Source: an uncultured Marvinbryantia sp. (lineage in GTDB: Bacteria > Bacillota > Clostridia > Lachnospirales > Lachnospiraceae). From it: 64,000 bases of DNA. Below, in pieces: positions 10,253-19,453 of this stretch (its first letter is position 1; the number at the start of each line of letters is the position of its first letter). The translations under genes and the position numbers were made by a program. Below the pieces are notes generated by a model. It ran no database searches. It had not been told where the DNA came from and worked only from the letters and a program-made list of their open reading frames with translations. The DNA lies in contig CANRIR010000009.1 of the NCBI GenBank assembly GCA_947630735.1, forward strand, positions 543 to 64,542, read 5' to 3'.

Positions 10253-12126
10253 TGAAACAGGCTCTGCGCAGATTATACCTGGGGCTGATCTTCGTGCTGA
10301 TGTACGCCCCCATCGTCACTCTCATCGTCCTGTCCTTTAACAAGTCGAAGACGCGGGCCAAGTGGGGCGGCTTTACCATGCAGTGGTACCGGAACCTTCT
10401 GGAGAACGAGCAGATCATGAACGCGTTCTACACCACGCTCATCATCGCCCTGCTCTCCGCCATCGCCGCCACCGTCATCGGCACCATGGCCTGCGTCGCC
10501 ATCCAGGTCATGGGCAGGCGCTCCAGGCGGGCGCTTATGGCCATCGCGAACATCCCCATGGTAAACCCGGAGATCGTGACGGCCGTATCTTTGATGCTCG
10601 TCTTTATCGCCCTGCGCATCGGCCTGGGGTTCCGCACCATCCTGCTGTCCCACATTACTTTTAATATCCCCTACGTGATCTTAAGCGTGATGCCAAAGCT
10701 GCGCCAGACCAGCCGCAGCACCTACGAGGCGGCCCTGGACCTGGGGGCCTCCCCCTTGCGCGCCTTTTTCCAGGTTGTGTTCCCGGACATTGTGCCCGGG
10801 GTGCTCTCCGGCTTTCTTCTTTCCTTTACCATGTCCCTGGATGATTTTGTGATCACACATTTTACCAAGGGGCCCGGCATCGACACGCTTTCCACGAAAA
10901 TCTACACGGAGGTGCGCAAAGGCATCAAGCCTGAGATCTACGCGCTCTCCACCCTGCTCTTTGTGACCGTGCTCCTGCTTTTGATCCTGGTCAATTATTC
11001 CCCGGAGAAAAAAGAATCCCACGTGAAAAAGACCATCACCCGCGCCACCCGGATCCGGTATATGGCGCTTCGCAGGGTCCTCCCGGCCTTCATGGCGCTC
11101 GTGGTGATAGCGGGCGGCATCTACTACGGCTCCCAGAGCAGCCTGACCGGCGGCGACTCCGTGATCGTCTACAACTGGGGCGAGTACATGGACCCGGCCG
11201 TTCTGGAACTGTTTGAGGAAGAGACCGGCATCCAGGTGATCTACGAGGAGTTTGAGACAAACGAGATCATGTACCCCAAGATCAAGACGGGCGCGATCGC
11301 CTACGACGTGGTGTGCCCCTCCGACTACATGATCCAGCGCATGATCGAGGAAAATCTTCTGGCGAAAATAGATTTTGACAAGATCCCGAACATCCAGAAC
11401 ATCGGCTCCACCTATCTGGAAAAATCCACGGAGTTCGACCCCGGCAACCAGTACTCCGTCCCCTACTGCTGGGGCACCCTGGGCATCCTCTACAATAAGA
11501 CCAAGGTGGACGAGCCCATCGACAGCTGGAGCGTCCTGTGGGATGAGCGGTACGCGGACAGCATCCTGATGCAGGACAGTGTGCGCGACGCCTTCGCCGT
11601 CGCCCTCTGCTCGCTCGGCTACTCCTTAAACTCCACGGATCTGGACGAGCTGACGGCCGCCCGCGATCTTCTGATCCAACAGAAGCCCCTGGTGCAGGCA
11701 TACGTGGTGGACCAGGTGCGCGACAAGATGATCGGCAACGAGGCGGCGCTCGGCGTCATTTATTCCGGCGAGGCCATCTTCACGCAGCGGGAAAACCCCA
11801 ATCTGGAATATGTGATCCCGAAGGAAGGCAGCAATATCTGGATCGACTCCTGGGTCATCCCGAAAAACGCCCAGCACAAGGAGAACGCGGAGAAGTTTAT
11901 CAACTTTCTCTGCCGTCCCGACATCGCGCTGATGAATTTTGATTACATTACCTACTCCACGCCCAACACCGCCGCGCAGGAGCTCATAGAGGACGAGAAC
12001 ATCCGCAGCAGCACGATCGCCTTCCCGACGGACGAGATGCTGGAGAACTGCACGGCCTACCGCTTCCTGGGCGATGAGATGGACTCGGTCTACAACGAGT
12101 TCTGGAACCAGGTAAAATCCAACTAG
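10252..12126 (+). CDS. potCD: Fused PotC permease / PotD substrate-binding protein
   Basis: N-terminal permease (EAALDLGA, FTMSLDDF) followed by VYNWGEY, PSDYM, PKEG, WIDSW binding domain. Confidence 0.9.
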   Translation: MKQALRRLYLGLIFVLMYAPIVTLIVLSFNKSKTRAKWGGFTMQWYRNLLENEQIMNAFYTTLIIALLSAIAATVIGTMACVAIQVMGRRSRRALMAIANIPMVNPEIVTAVSLMLVFIALRIGLGFRTILLSHITFNIPYVILSVMPKLRQTSRSTYEAALDLGASPLRAFFQVVFPDIVPGVLSGFLLSFTMSLDDFVITHFTKGPGIDTLSTKIYTEVRKGIKPEIYALSTLLFVTVLLLLILVNYSPEKKESHVKKTITRATRIRYMALRRVLPAFMALVVIAGGIYYGSQSSLTGGDSVIVYNWGEYMDPAVLELFEEETGIQVIYEEFETNEIMYPKIKTGAIAYDVVCPSDYMIQRMIEENLLAKIDFDKIPNIQNIGSTYLEKSTEFDPGNQYSVPYCWGTLGILYNKTKVDEPIDSWSVLWDERYADSILMQDSVRDAFAVALCSLGYSLNSTDLDELTAARDLLIQQKPLVQAYVVDQVRDKMIGNEAALGVIYSGEAIFTQRENPNLEYVIPKEGSNIWIDSWVIPKNAQHKENAEKFINFLCRPDIALMNFDYITYSTPNTAAQELIEDENIRSSTIAFPTDEMLENCTAYRFLGDEMDSVYNEFWNQVKSN

Positions 12127-12211
12127 GCTTGAACGCGCCGGGCAGTCCGCAGCCGAAGTGTGAAAGCCAGGGCGGACTCCATCCAGGGCGGCAGAGCCAG
12201 TACAGCTTTGC

Positions 12212-13081
12212 CTAGAGCCTGCAGAAGCGGCGCACATCTAAGAGGCCCCAGCCCTGGCGGCTGTGGGGAAGGCCCAGATCCACCGCGGATTCCCGCAGGC
12301 GCATCTTTACCTCCACATTGGTCAGCCACGGTTCTTTGGAGAGCAGCAGGGCGGCTGCGCCGGACACCATGGGCGTGGCCATGGAGGTGCCGCTCTTTTT
12401 GCAGTATTTCGGCCCGCCCTGCCACTGGCTGCTGCAGGAGACGATGCCGGATCCCGGGGCCACGATGTCCGGCTTGCAGACGCAGTTCTTCGTGGGCCCC
12501 CTGCCGGAATACACCGGGGCGGAATCGTCCGAGGAGCCCACGGTGATCACTTTCCTGCTGTTTCCCGGCGCGGTGATGCTCTGGGGCATGGGCCCCATAT
12601 TTCCCGCGGCCACCACCACCACGATGCCCGCGTCCCAGGCCTGCTCCACGGCCTCCACCAGCGGCTCATCCAGCACGTCCCCCTCCCGCACCGTCCCCAC
12701 GGAGATATTCAAAATGCGGATATGGTATTTTTCCCGGTTCTGCAGCACCCACTGGATGCCGCGCACCACATCCCCGCGCTTCCCGTTCCCGTTTTTGTCC
12801 AGGATCTTTAAGTGGACCACCTGCAGGTCGGGGGCCACGCCGCGGTACGTGCGGGAAATTGTCCCGTCCCCGGCCAGGATGCCCGTCACATGGGAGCCGT
12901 GCCCGTAGTCGTCGTAGGGGGCTTTGCCGCCTCCCACAAAGTCCTGGAAGGCGAGCACGCGGTCCCAATAGTCCGGATGCATGCACACACCCGTGTCCAT
13001 GACGGCCGCCACGATCCCTTTTCCCGTATATCCCCGCTCCCACACTTCCTCCACATGGATGATCTTTCTTGCCCTGTTCAT
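12212..13081 (-). CDS. S8 family serine peptidase, catalytic domain only
   Basis: DTG, HGSHVTG, AAGN, SGTSMATP triad. Confidence 0.92.
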   Translation of the reverse strand: MNRARKIIHVEEVWERGYTGKGIVAAVMDTGVCMHPDYWDRVLAFQDFVGGGKAPYDDYGHGSHVTGILAGDGTISRTYRGVAPDLQVVHLKILDKNGNGKRGDVVRGIQWVLQNREKYHIRILNISVGTVREGDVLDEPLVEAVEQAWDAGIVVVVAAGNMGPMPQSITAPGNSRKVITVGSSDDSAPVYSGRGPTKNCVCKPDIVAPGSGIVSCSSQWQGGPKYCKKSGTSMATPMVSGAAALLLSKEPWLTNVEVKMRLRESAVDLGLPHSRQGWGLLDVRRFCRL

Positions 13082-13288
13082 CGTTTCCTCCGCGCCGCAC
13101 GGCCCTTTTCTCTCTTATCTTATGATATGTCACGGGGCAGAGGATGCGCACTTCCGTACGCGCGCATGACGTCCGCCGCCCTTCTTTGCCGCCTCTGTGC
13201 TCTGCAACGTCCCGGGCGTGCGCGCACGCCGTCCTTCTTTGCCGCTTCTGCGATCTGCCCATCTGTCATACAATAGGAAAAAAGAGAA

Positions 13289-15019
13289 ATGGAAACTGCT
13301 ATGAACGAACCTGATCTGCAGGAAAAGATCTACTCCAACGACTATTTTGACGCGATCGTGCCCGTCTCCATCTCCAGGATCAAGGATTTTCTGGAGGAAT
13401 ACTCCTATTTGAGCGCCCAGCAGCTGTGCGCCCTGTACGGGGTCCTGCACATCCCCCTGGAGGGAGATCTGCTCCCGGAGGGCATCGGCTACTCCCAGGT
13501 CCCGAAACTCTACACGACCCTGGACACCGCCGGCCTGGAGGCGTCCGGCATCCTGCGGGTCCAGATCCAGCCCTCCCTCGGCTACACCGGGGAAAATGTC
13601 CTGCTGGGCTTTCTGGACACCGGCATCGACTACACCCTGGACGCTTTCCGCTATCCGGACGGCAGCACCCGTATTCTGGAGATCTGGGACCAGACGGCCC
13701 CGTCCAATGCGCCGCCCTTCGACACGGGGTACGGCAGTGTGTACCGCTCTGAGGACATCAACCGCGCACTCTTTTCGGAAGATCCCTATGCTGTCGTCCC
13801 GCAGCGGGACACCGACGGACACGGAACCTATCTGGCCGGGGCGGCCGCCGGCAGCGCGGATCCGGCCGACGGTTTTACGGGAGCCGCGCCGGGAGCCCGG
13901 ATCGCCATGGTAAAATTGAAGCCGGCCAAGCAGAACCTGCGGGATTATTTTCTCATCCGCGGGGACGCCGTGGCCTTCCAGGAGACGGACATCATGATGG
14001 GCGTGCGCTATCTGCTGGCGCTCTCCCAATCCAGCGGGATGCCTCTGGTCATCTGTCTGGGGCTCGGCACCAACCAGGGCGACCATGCGGGCAATTCCCC
14101 GCTGGAGCGCGAACTGTCCTTCATCCTGGATTTTCCGGGAAATTTCTGTACCGCTGCCGCCGGAAACGAGACCGGAATGGCGCATCACTATTATCACAAG
14201 CCGGGCAGCGCAGACCCCGCTTTCGACGTGGAAGTCCTGGTGGACGAGGACACCGACGGGCTGTTTCTGGAAATCTGGGCGGACGTGCCGGATCTTTACG
14301 GGATCTCCGTGACCTCTCCCCTCGGCGAGATGGTTCCCCGCATTCCCCCGCGCCTGGACTCCACTGCCACGGTCAGATTCGTGACCGAGCGCACCATCCT
14401 CTCGGTCACCTATGAGATTGCGGAGTATTCCTCCGGGACGCAGCTCATCGTTCTGCGCTTTGTGCGCCCCACGCCCGGCATCTGGCGCATCGGGGTGTCC
14501 GGGAGCGGGCAGACGCTGGGCTCCTTCCACATGTGGCTCCCCATCACGGGCTTTGTCTCCCCGGGAACCGTGTTCCTAGATCCCGACCCCTACACCACCG
14601 TCACATGCCCCGCCACCTCCGAGGCCGTGATCTCCGTGTCCAATTACAGCGCCTACTCGGGAAGCCTCGCCATTGATTCCAGCCGGGGCTACACCCGCAT
14701 CGGGGCGGTCAAGCCGGACATCGCCGCGCCCGGCGTGGATGTGTTTGTCCCCGCCACCAGCCCGGGCAGCGCCCTGCCCCCTCTGAACCGCTATACGCGG
14801 ACCTCCGGAAGCTCCATCTCCAGCGCTGTAGCCGCCGGAGCGGTGGCTCTTCTGCTGAACTGGAACATGGACCAGCTCGTCCCGCAGCTTTTGACAAACC
14901 GCTCCGTCAAGGACTATCTGTGCCGGGGCGCGGTGCGCCAGAACGCCCTGTCCTACCCGAACCGGGAGTGGGGATATGGCACCTTAAATCTGTACCGCGT
15001 TTTTGAAACCCTGATGTAA
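13289..15019 (+). CDS. Csp-type (CspA/B/C-like) S8 peptidase, probably germination-related
   Basis: LDTGIDY, IWDQT, GHGT, AAGNE, internal insert between His and Ser regions, KPDIAAPG, SGSS, YPNREWGYG. Confidence 0.88.
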   Translation: METAMNEPDLQEKIYSNDYFDAIVPVSISRIKDFLEEYSYLSAQQLCALYGVLHIPLEGDLLPEGIGYSQVPKLYTTLDTAGLEASGILRVQIQPSLGYTGENVLLGFLDTGIDYTLDAFRYPDGSTRILEIWDQTAPSNAPPFDTGYGSVYRSEDINRALFSEDPYAVVPQRDTDGHGTYLAGAAAGSADPADGFTGAAPGARIAMVKLKPAKQNLRDYFLIRGDAVAFQETDIMMGVRYLLALSQSSGMPLVICLGLGTNQGDHAGNSPLERELSFILDFPGNFCTAAAGNETGMAHHYYHKPGSADPAFDVEVLVDEDTDGLFLEIWADVPDLYGISVTSPLGEMVPRIPPRLDSTATVRFVTERTILSVTYEIAEYSSGTQLIVLRFVRPTPGIWRIGVSGSGQTLGSFHMWLPITGFVSPGTVFLDPDPYTTVTCPATSEAVISVSNYSAYSGSLAIDSSRGYTRIGAVKPDIAAPGVDVFVPATSPGSALPPLNRYTRTSGSSISSAVAAGAVALLLNWNMDQLVPQLLTNRSVKDYLCRGAVRQNALSYPNREWGYGTLNLYRVFETLM

Positions 15020-15077
15020 CGCCCGGGGACCCTCCTGCATAGTCTGAAGTGTAAAGAAAATTCATGGAGGAATCAAC

Positions 15078-15329
15078 ATGAGTGATTTAACAGCTACAAA
15101 CTGCGGATGCGGATGCGAAAACGGCGGCAGCCCGGCGGGCACTTCCATCTTTGGCGGCGGCAGCGACTGCGGATGCTCCATTCTCTGGATCCTGCTTCTT
15201 CTGTCTCTGTGCAACAACGGCACGAGTTTCGCGAACAGCAACGGCTGCGACGGCGGCAGCAGCTGCTGGCTGATCATCCTGCTGCTTCTGTTCTGCAACG
15301 GCGGATGCGGATGCGGCGGAAATTACTAA
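15078..15329 (+). CDS. Small Cys/Gly-rich protein with two WIILLLL-type hydrophobic repeats (probable spore coat/exosporium protein)
   Basis: GGAGG SD; MSDLTATNCGCGC...WILLLLSLC...WLIILLLLFC; CATAGTCT -10-like element upstream. Confidence 0.8.
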   Translation: MSDLTATNCGCGCENGGSPAGTSIFGGGSDCGCSILWILLLLSLCNNGTSFANSNGCDGGSSCWLIILLLLFCNGGCGCGGNY

Positions 15330-15356
15330 AAGCAGACCCGCGCCGGCTGCGCGGTC

Positions 15357-15392
15357 AAAAAAGGACCCGGCTATATGCCGGGTCTTCTTCTT
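15357..15392. terminator. Bidirectional intrinsic terminator
   Basis: A-run, GACCCGGC-TATAT-GCCGGGTC stem, then TTCTTCTT; lies between convergent ORFs. Confidence 0.7.
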
Positions 15393-15535
15393 GACTGCCG
15401 CAATGACGCTGTTTCCGCCATCTGCGCCCGCCTGATCCTCTGCTCCTTTTGCTCCCTGCAGCGTTTTTTTGCCTCCAGGCATTCCTCATCCACCTCGTAA
15501 AACGCGTTTCCATCTATGACAATATGTTTCTTCAT
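15371..15535 (-). CDS. Small hypothetical protein, 54 aa (not in ORF track)
   Basis: MKKHIVIDGNAFYEVDEECLEAKKRCREQKEQRIRRAQMAETASLRQSRRRPGI; AAGGA SD; ACA-N16-CATATGCT promoter at 15622-15596. Confidence 0.65.
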   Translation of the reverse strand: MKKHIVIDGNAFYEVDEECLEAKKRCREQKEQRIRRAQMAETASLRQSRRRPGI

Positions 15536-15644
15536 AGCAATCCCGTCCTTCGCCGATCGATTCTTGTGCGGGGATCAAATTATCCTCCACAATACAGCAT
15601 ATGAACATTCTGTTTTCCCTGTGCAGAATTTTTCGCAGAAACGC

Positions 15645-15671
15645 ATAAACGCCCGGCCGCCGGCATATATT
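15645..15671 (+). promoter_or_regulatory. sigmaE-like promoter
   Basis: ATA-N16-CATATATT upstream of ORF at 15702. Confidence 0.6.
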
Positions 15672-15701
15672 TATCAAAAGTCTCAAAAGGAGTCTTCTCT
15701 T

Positions 15702-16028
15702 ATGGAAGAATCTGCGAAAACATCCCTGACTGCCGTGGACCGCATAGCGGACGGCGACGGTCTTCAGGTACTAAAAGCAGCCATCCCCTATCTGCCGCAA
15801 ACAGCGCAGAAGCCTTTCTCCGTCTATGTCAAGGCGATGGAGGTGCACAATCTGCTCTCTTATTATAACAATCCGGTACACGCCTGCAGCGCGCCGGACA
15901 CGGAGCCGGACGCCATGCTGCAGGATATCCGCGCCTACTGCACCGACGCCCAGCGGCAGTCCCTGGACCAGACCTTAAACCTGATAAACGCCCTGAAACT
16001 ATATCAGGAAATCCAGAAAATATCTTAG
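15702..16028 (+). CDS. Hypothetical helical protein (likely sporulation-related)
   Basis: AAGGAG SD before MEESAK; LQVLKAAIPYL motif; shorter than the 15516 ORF call. Confidence 0.7.
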   Translation: MEESAKTSLTAVDRIADGDGLQVLKAAIPYLPQTAQKPFSVYVKAMEVHNLLSYYNNPVHACSAPDTEPDAMLQDIRAYCTDAQRQSLDQTLNLINALKLYQEIQKIS

Positions 16029-16044
16029 AAACCGGGAGGCAGTT

Positions 16045-16335
16045 ATGAATCAGACAGATAACGGCTGGATCAACCATCCGTCCCTGCAGCACATCGACGC
16101 GTCCAAGCTGCAGATGCTGCTGTCGATGGCAGACCAGGGGCGGGGCATGAAACAAAATGAGCTGCTGCCATTTTTGATGGCAGCAGCTTCCAGGTCAAGA
16201 ACAAACGGCACTGCTTTTTCCAGGGAGGAGACGGATCTGATCCTGAATGTCCTGAAGCAGGGGAGATCCCCCGAGGAGACTGCCCGGATCGACCGTCTGG
16301 TATCTCTGGTGCAGCAGATGCAGAAACCTATCTGA
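16045..16335 (+). CDS. Hypothetical protein
   Basis: GGGAGG SD; 16 bp after previous ORF; 96 aa. Confidence 0.7.
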   Translation: MNQTDNGWINHPSLQHIDASKLQMLLSMADQGRGMKQNELLPFLMAAASRSRTNGTAFSREETDLILNVLKQGRSPEETARIDRLVSLVQQMQKPI

Positions 16336-17572
16336 CTTCTTCCAGGATGTATTCGCGCAGCATGGTCAGCGCTTTCACCACCGCGCTCTCGCGGATCTTA
16401 GCGCGCTCCCCCTTCAGATGGAACTCCTGTACCTTTACATTTCCATTGTAGGAGCAGGCGATGTACACCAGGCCCACCGGCTTGTCCTCATCGGTCCCGG
16501 GCCCCGCGAGCCCCGTCAGGGAGACGCAGATGTCGGAACCCGTGATAAACGCGCCGTTTTTGGCCATCTCCCTGGCCGTCTTCTCACTGACGGCGCCGTA
16601 ATCCTTCAGGGTGGTCTTTTTCACATCCAGCAGCTTTCTCTTCGCGCGGTTGCAGTAGGTCACAAGGCCCTGTTTAAACACATCGGAAGCGCCGGGCACG
16701 TTGGTGAGGCGCGCGGAGAGCATGCCTCCGGTGACAGACTCCGCCGTCGTGAGGGTCAGCTCCCGCTCGCGGAGCATGGCGATGACCGATTCCTCGAGGG
16801 TCACATGCTCATCCAGGGTGTAGATGTGGTCGCCGAAGCGGCTGCGCAGCTCTTTCACAACAGGCTTGATGAGCTTTCTCGCTTCCTTTTCATCCTTCGC
16901 GCTGGCCGTCACGCGCAGGTGCACCTCCCCGGTCTTCGCGTAGGGGGCGATGGTGGGGTTGGTCTGCGCGTCGATGAGATCTTTAATCTCGGTCTCCACC
17001 GCGCTCTCCCCCACGCCGCACATCTTCACCATCACGGAGCAGATCACCTCCGGGCGCATGGCGTTGAGGTACGGGTAGATGTCGTGCTCGAACATGGGCT
17101 TTAACTCATTGGGCGGTCCGGGGAGCAGGATCACCGATTTTCCTTCCCCCTCCAGGATGATGCCCGGAGCCGTCCCGTTCTGATTGTCCACCACGATGCA
17201 GCCCTCCGGCACCATGGCCTGCTTCCAGTTGTTCTCCGTGATCTTCTTCATGGAGCTGCCCTGAAAATATTCCTCGATGCGCTGTCTGGAATGCGGATCC
17301 TCCACGAGCCGGCGTCCCATCACCCGGGCCGCCACCTCTTTTGTGAGGTCATCCTGGGTGGGTCCAAGTCCGCCCGACAGGATCACGATGTCCGAACGGC
17401 CCAGCGCCGTCTTTAAGGTCTCCTCCAAACGTTTTTCGTTGTCGCCCACCGAAGTCTGGTAATAGAGCGACAGGCCCAGAAGGGCGCACTGCTGCGAGAG
17501 ATACGCGGCATTGGTATTCACGATATTTCCGAGCAGGATCTCTGTGCCGACCGAAATCAACTCAACGACCAT
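16328..17572 (-). CDS. cinA: Competence/damage-inducible protein A
   Basis: VGTEILLG, GGLGPTQDDLT, AESVTGG. Confidence 0.95.
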   Translation of the reverse strand: MVVELISVGTEILLGNIVNTNAAYLSQQCALLGLSLYYQTSVGDNEKRLEETLKTALGRSDIVILSGGLGPTQDDLTKEVAARVMGRRLVEDPHSRQRIEEYFQGSSMKKITENNWKQAMVPEGCIVVDNQNGTAPGIILEGEGKSVILLPGPPNELKPMFEHDIYPYLNAMRPEVICSVMVKMCGVGESAVETEIKDLIDAQTNPTIAPYAKTGEVHLRVTASAKDEKEARKLIKPVVKELRSRFGDHIYTLDEHVTLEESVIAMLRERELTLTTAESVTGGMLSARLTNVPGASDVFKQGLVTYCNRAKRKLLDVKKTTLKDYGAVSEKTAREMAKNGAFITGSDICVSLTGLAGPGTDEDKPVGLVYIACSYNGNVKVQEFHLKGERAKIRESAVVKALTMLREYILEEVR

Positions 17573-17592
17573 AAATCTTTTCTTCCTCCATC

Positions 17593-18129
17593 TTACGACT
17601 GCATACGCAAAACATCTTTATTGTTCCAGATATAATCCGCCAGGGATATGACGGTCAGAACAAGCGCCGTCCAGATGAACACCTGCTCCAGCACATCGAA
17701 CACCCCGCCCAGATCGGCGATCAGCAGGATGATCATGATCATCTGCGCCACCGTCTTGCACTTTCCCCACCAGCCTGCGGCGATGACGATGCCGTTGTCG
17801 GAGGCGATCAGGCGGAACCCGCTGATGGCAAACTCCCGGCTGATGATGACGATGACGACCCATGCGGGGAGCCGGTCCAGGGACACCAGGCAGATCATGG
17901 CGGCGCTCACCAGCAGCTTGTCCGCCAGCGGATCCATAAATTTTCCGAAATTGGTTACCAGATGGTTTTTCCTGGCCAGATAGCCGTCCAGGGTATCCGT
18001 GAGGCTGGCGATCACAAAGATGGCGAGCGCCGCAAAGCGCAGGTTCCCCGTTCCTCCCAGCATCATGCAGACCACAAACGGAACGATCAGGATCATCCGC
18101 GCAACGGTCAGCTTATTCGGCAGATTCAT
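17593..18129 (-). CDS. pgsA: CDP-diacylglycerol-glycerol-3-phosphate 3-phosphatidyltransferase
   Basis: MNLPNKLT, DGYLAR...GKFMDPLADK. Confidence 0.96.
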   Translation of the reverse strand: MNLPNKLTVARMILIVPFVVCMMLGGTGNLRFAALAIFVIASLTDTLDGYLARKNHLVTNFGKFMDPLADKLLVSAAMICLVSLDRLPAWVVIVIISREFAISGFRLIASDNGIVIAAGWWGKCKTVAQMIMIILLIADLGGVFDVLEQVFIWTALVLTVISLADYIWNNKDVLRMQS

Positions 18130-19453
18130 CTTCCAACACTCCTATCAGATCATATTCCCGCGCCTCCGTAACCTTTACCCGCACAAAATCTCCGCTCATC
18201 AGCGTCTCCTGCGTCTCGATGAACAGATATCCGTCCACACCGGGCGCATCGGCATAGGTGCGCGCCACATATACATTTTCCTCCGGCAGGAACCCCTCCA
18301 CCATAGCGGTCACTGTCCTGCCGCACACGGATTCATTTTTCTCAAAGACGATCTCCTGCTGAAGTTCCATGAGATCGTCTCTTCTGGCCTCCTTGATCTC
18401 TTCCGGGACCTGGTCCTCCATGGAGGCAGCCGGCGTGTCCTCCTCCTGGGAATAGGGAAATACGCCCAGGCGATCAAACTCCATCTCATCCACAAAATCC
18501 ATCAAAATCTCGTGGTCATCCTGGGTCTCGCCCGGAAATCCCGCGACCAGCGTGGTGCGAAGGACGATATCCGGTATGCGCTCGCGCAGGGTCCCAACGA
18601 TCTTCCGCAGTTCTTCGGCTGTGGTCCTTCTTCCCATTTTCTTCAGGATGCGGTTGCTGGCGTGCTGGATGGGCAGATCCAGATAATGACAGATCTTCTT
18701 CTCCCTGCCTATCGTCTCGATCAGCTCCGGGTAGATCTCCTCCGGATAGCAGTACAGGATGCGGATCCAGCGCAGTCCCGGGATCTCGCACAGTCTTTGA
18801 AGGAGCACATGCAGGCATTTTTCCCCGTACAGGTCCACGCCGTACAATGTGGTCTCCTGCGCCACCAGGATGAGCTCCTTCACGCCCTGCCCGGCCAGAT
18901 CCTCCGCCTCGGCGATCAGCCGCTCCATGGGCACGCTGCGGTAGCTCCCCCTGATCTTCGGTATGATGCAGTAGGTGCAGCGCTTGTCGCACCCCTCCGC
19001 GATCTTCAGATATGCATAGTGGCCGCCGGTGGAGACCATGCGCTTCACATCCGGCAGAGGAAGGCGGTTCTTATCCTGATAGTGCTGGCAGCGCTCGCCG
19101 GCGAGCACCCGCTCCACGGTCTGCGCGATCTCGTCGTAGGACGAAGCGCCCAGGACCGCGTCCACCTCCGGGATCTCTTCCATGATCTCCCCGCGGTAGC
19201 GCTCAGCGAGGCACCCGGTGATGACAAGTGCCCTGCACTTCCCGTTTTTTCGGTGCTGCGCCATCTCCAGGATCGCCTGCACGCTCTCCTCTTTGGCGTC
19301 GTTGATGAAACAGCAGGTGTTGATGACGATCGCGTCCGCGTCTTCCTCAACGTCCGTGATCTCAAAGCCCCTGCTGCGCAGAAGTCCGAGCATATACTCG
19401 GAATCCACCAGATTTTTGTCACAGCCCAGAGATATCAGAAATACGTTTGTCAT
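18113..19453 (-). CDS. rimO: Ribosomal protein S12 methylthiotransferase
   Basis: SLGCDKNLVDSE, EGCDKRCTYC radical SAM motif, APGVDG TRAM region. Confidence 0.95.
   Translation of the reverse strand: MTNVFLISLGCDKNLVDSEYMLGLLRSRGFEITDVEEDADAIVINTCCFINDAKEESVQAILEMAQHRKNGKCRALVITGCLAERYRGEIMEEIPEVDAVLGASSYDEIAQTVERVLAGERCQHYQDKNRLPLPDVKRMVSTGGHYAYLKIAEGCDKRCTYCIIPKIRGSYRSVPMERLIAEAEDLAGQGVKELILVAQETTLYGVDLYGEKCLHVLLQRLCEIPGLRWIRILYCYPEEIYPELIETIGREKKICHYLDLPIQHASNRILKKMGRRTTAEELRKIVGTLRERIPDIVLRTTLVAGFPGETQDDHEILMDFVDEMEFDRLGVFPYSQEEDTPAASMEDQVPEEIKEARRDDLMELQQEIVFEKNESVCGRTVTAMVEGFLPEENVYVARTYADAPGVDGYLFIETQETLMSGDFVRVKVTEAREYDLIGVLEDESAE

Noticed and set aside
13289-15019. Csp protein as a catalytically dead CspC-type pseudoprotease
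   Set aside because: Asp (DTG), His (HGT) and Ser (GSS at the GTS position) all appear retained, although the surrounding motifs are divergent.
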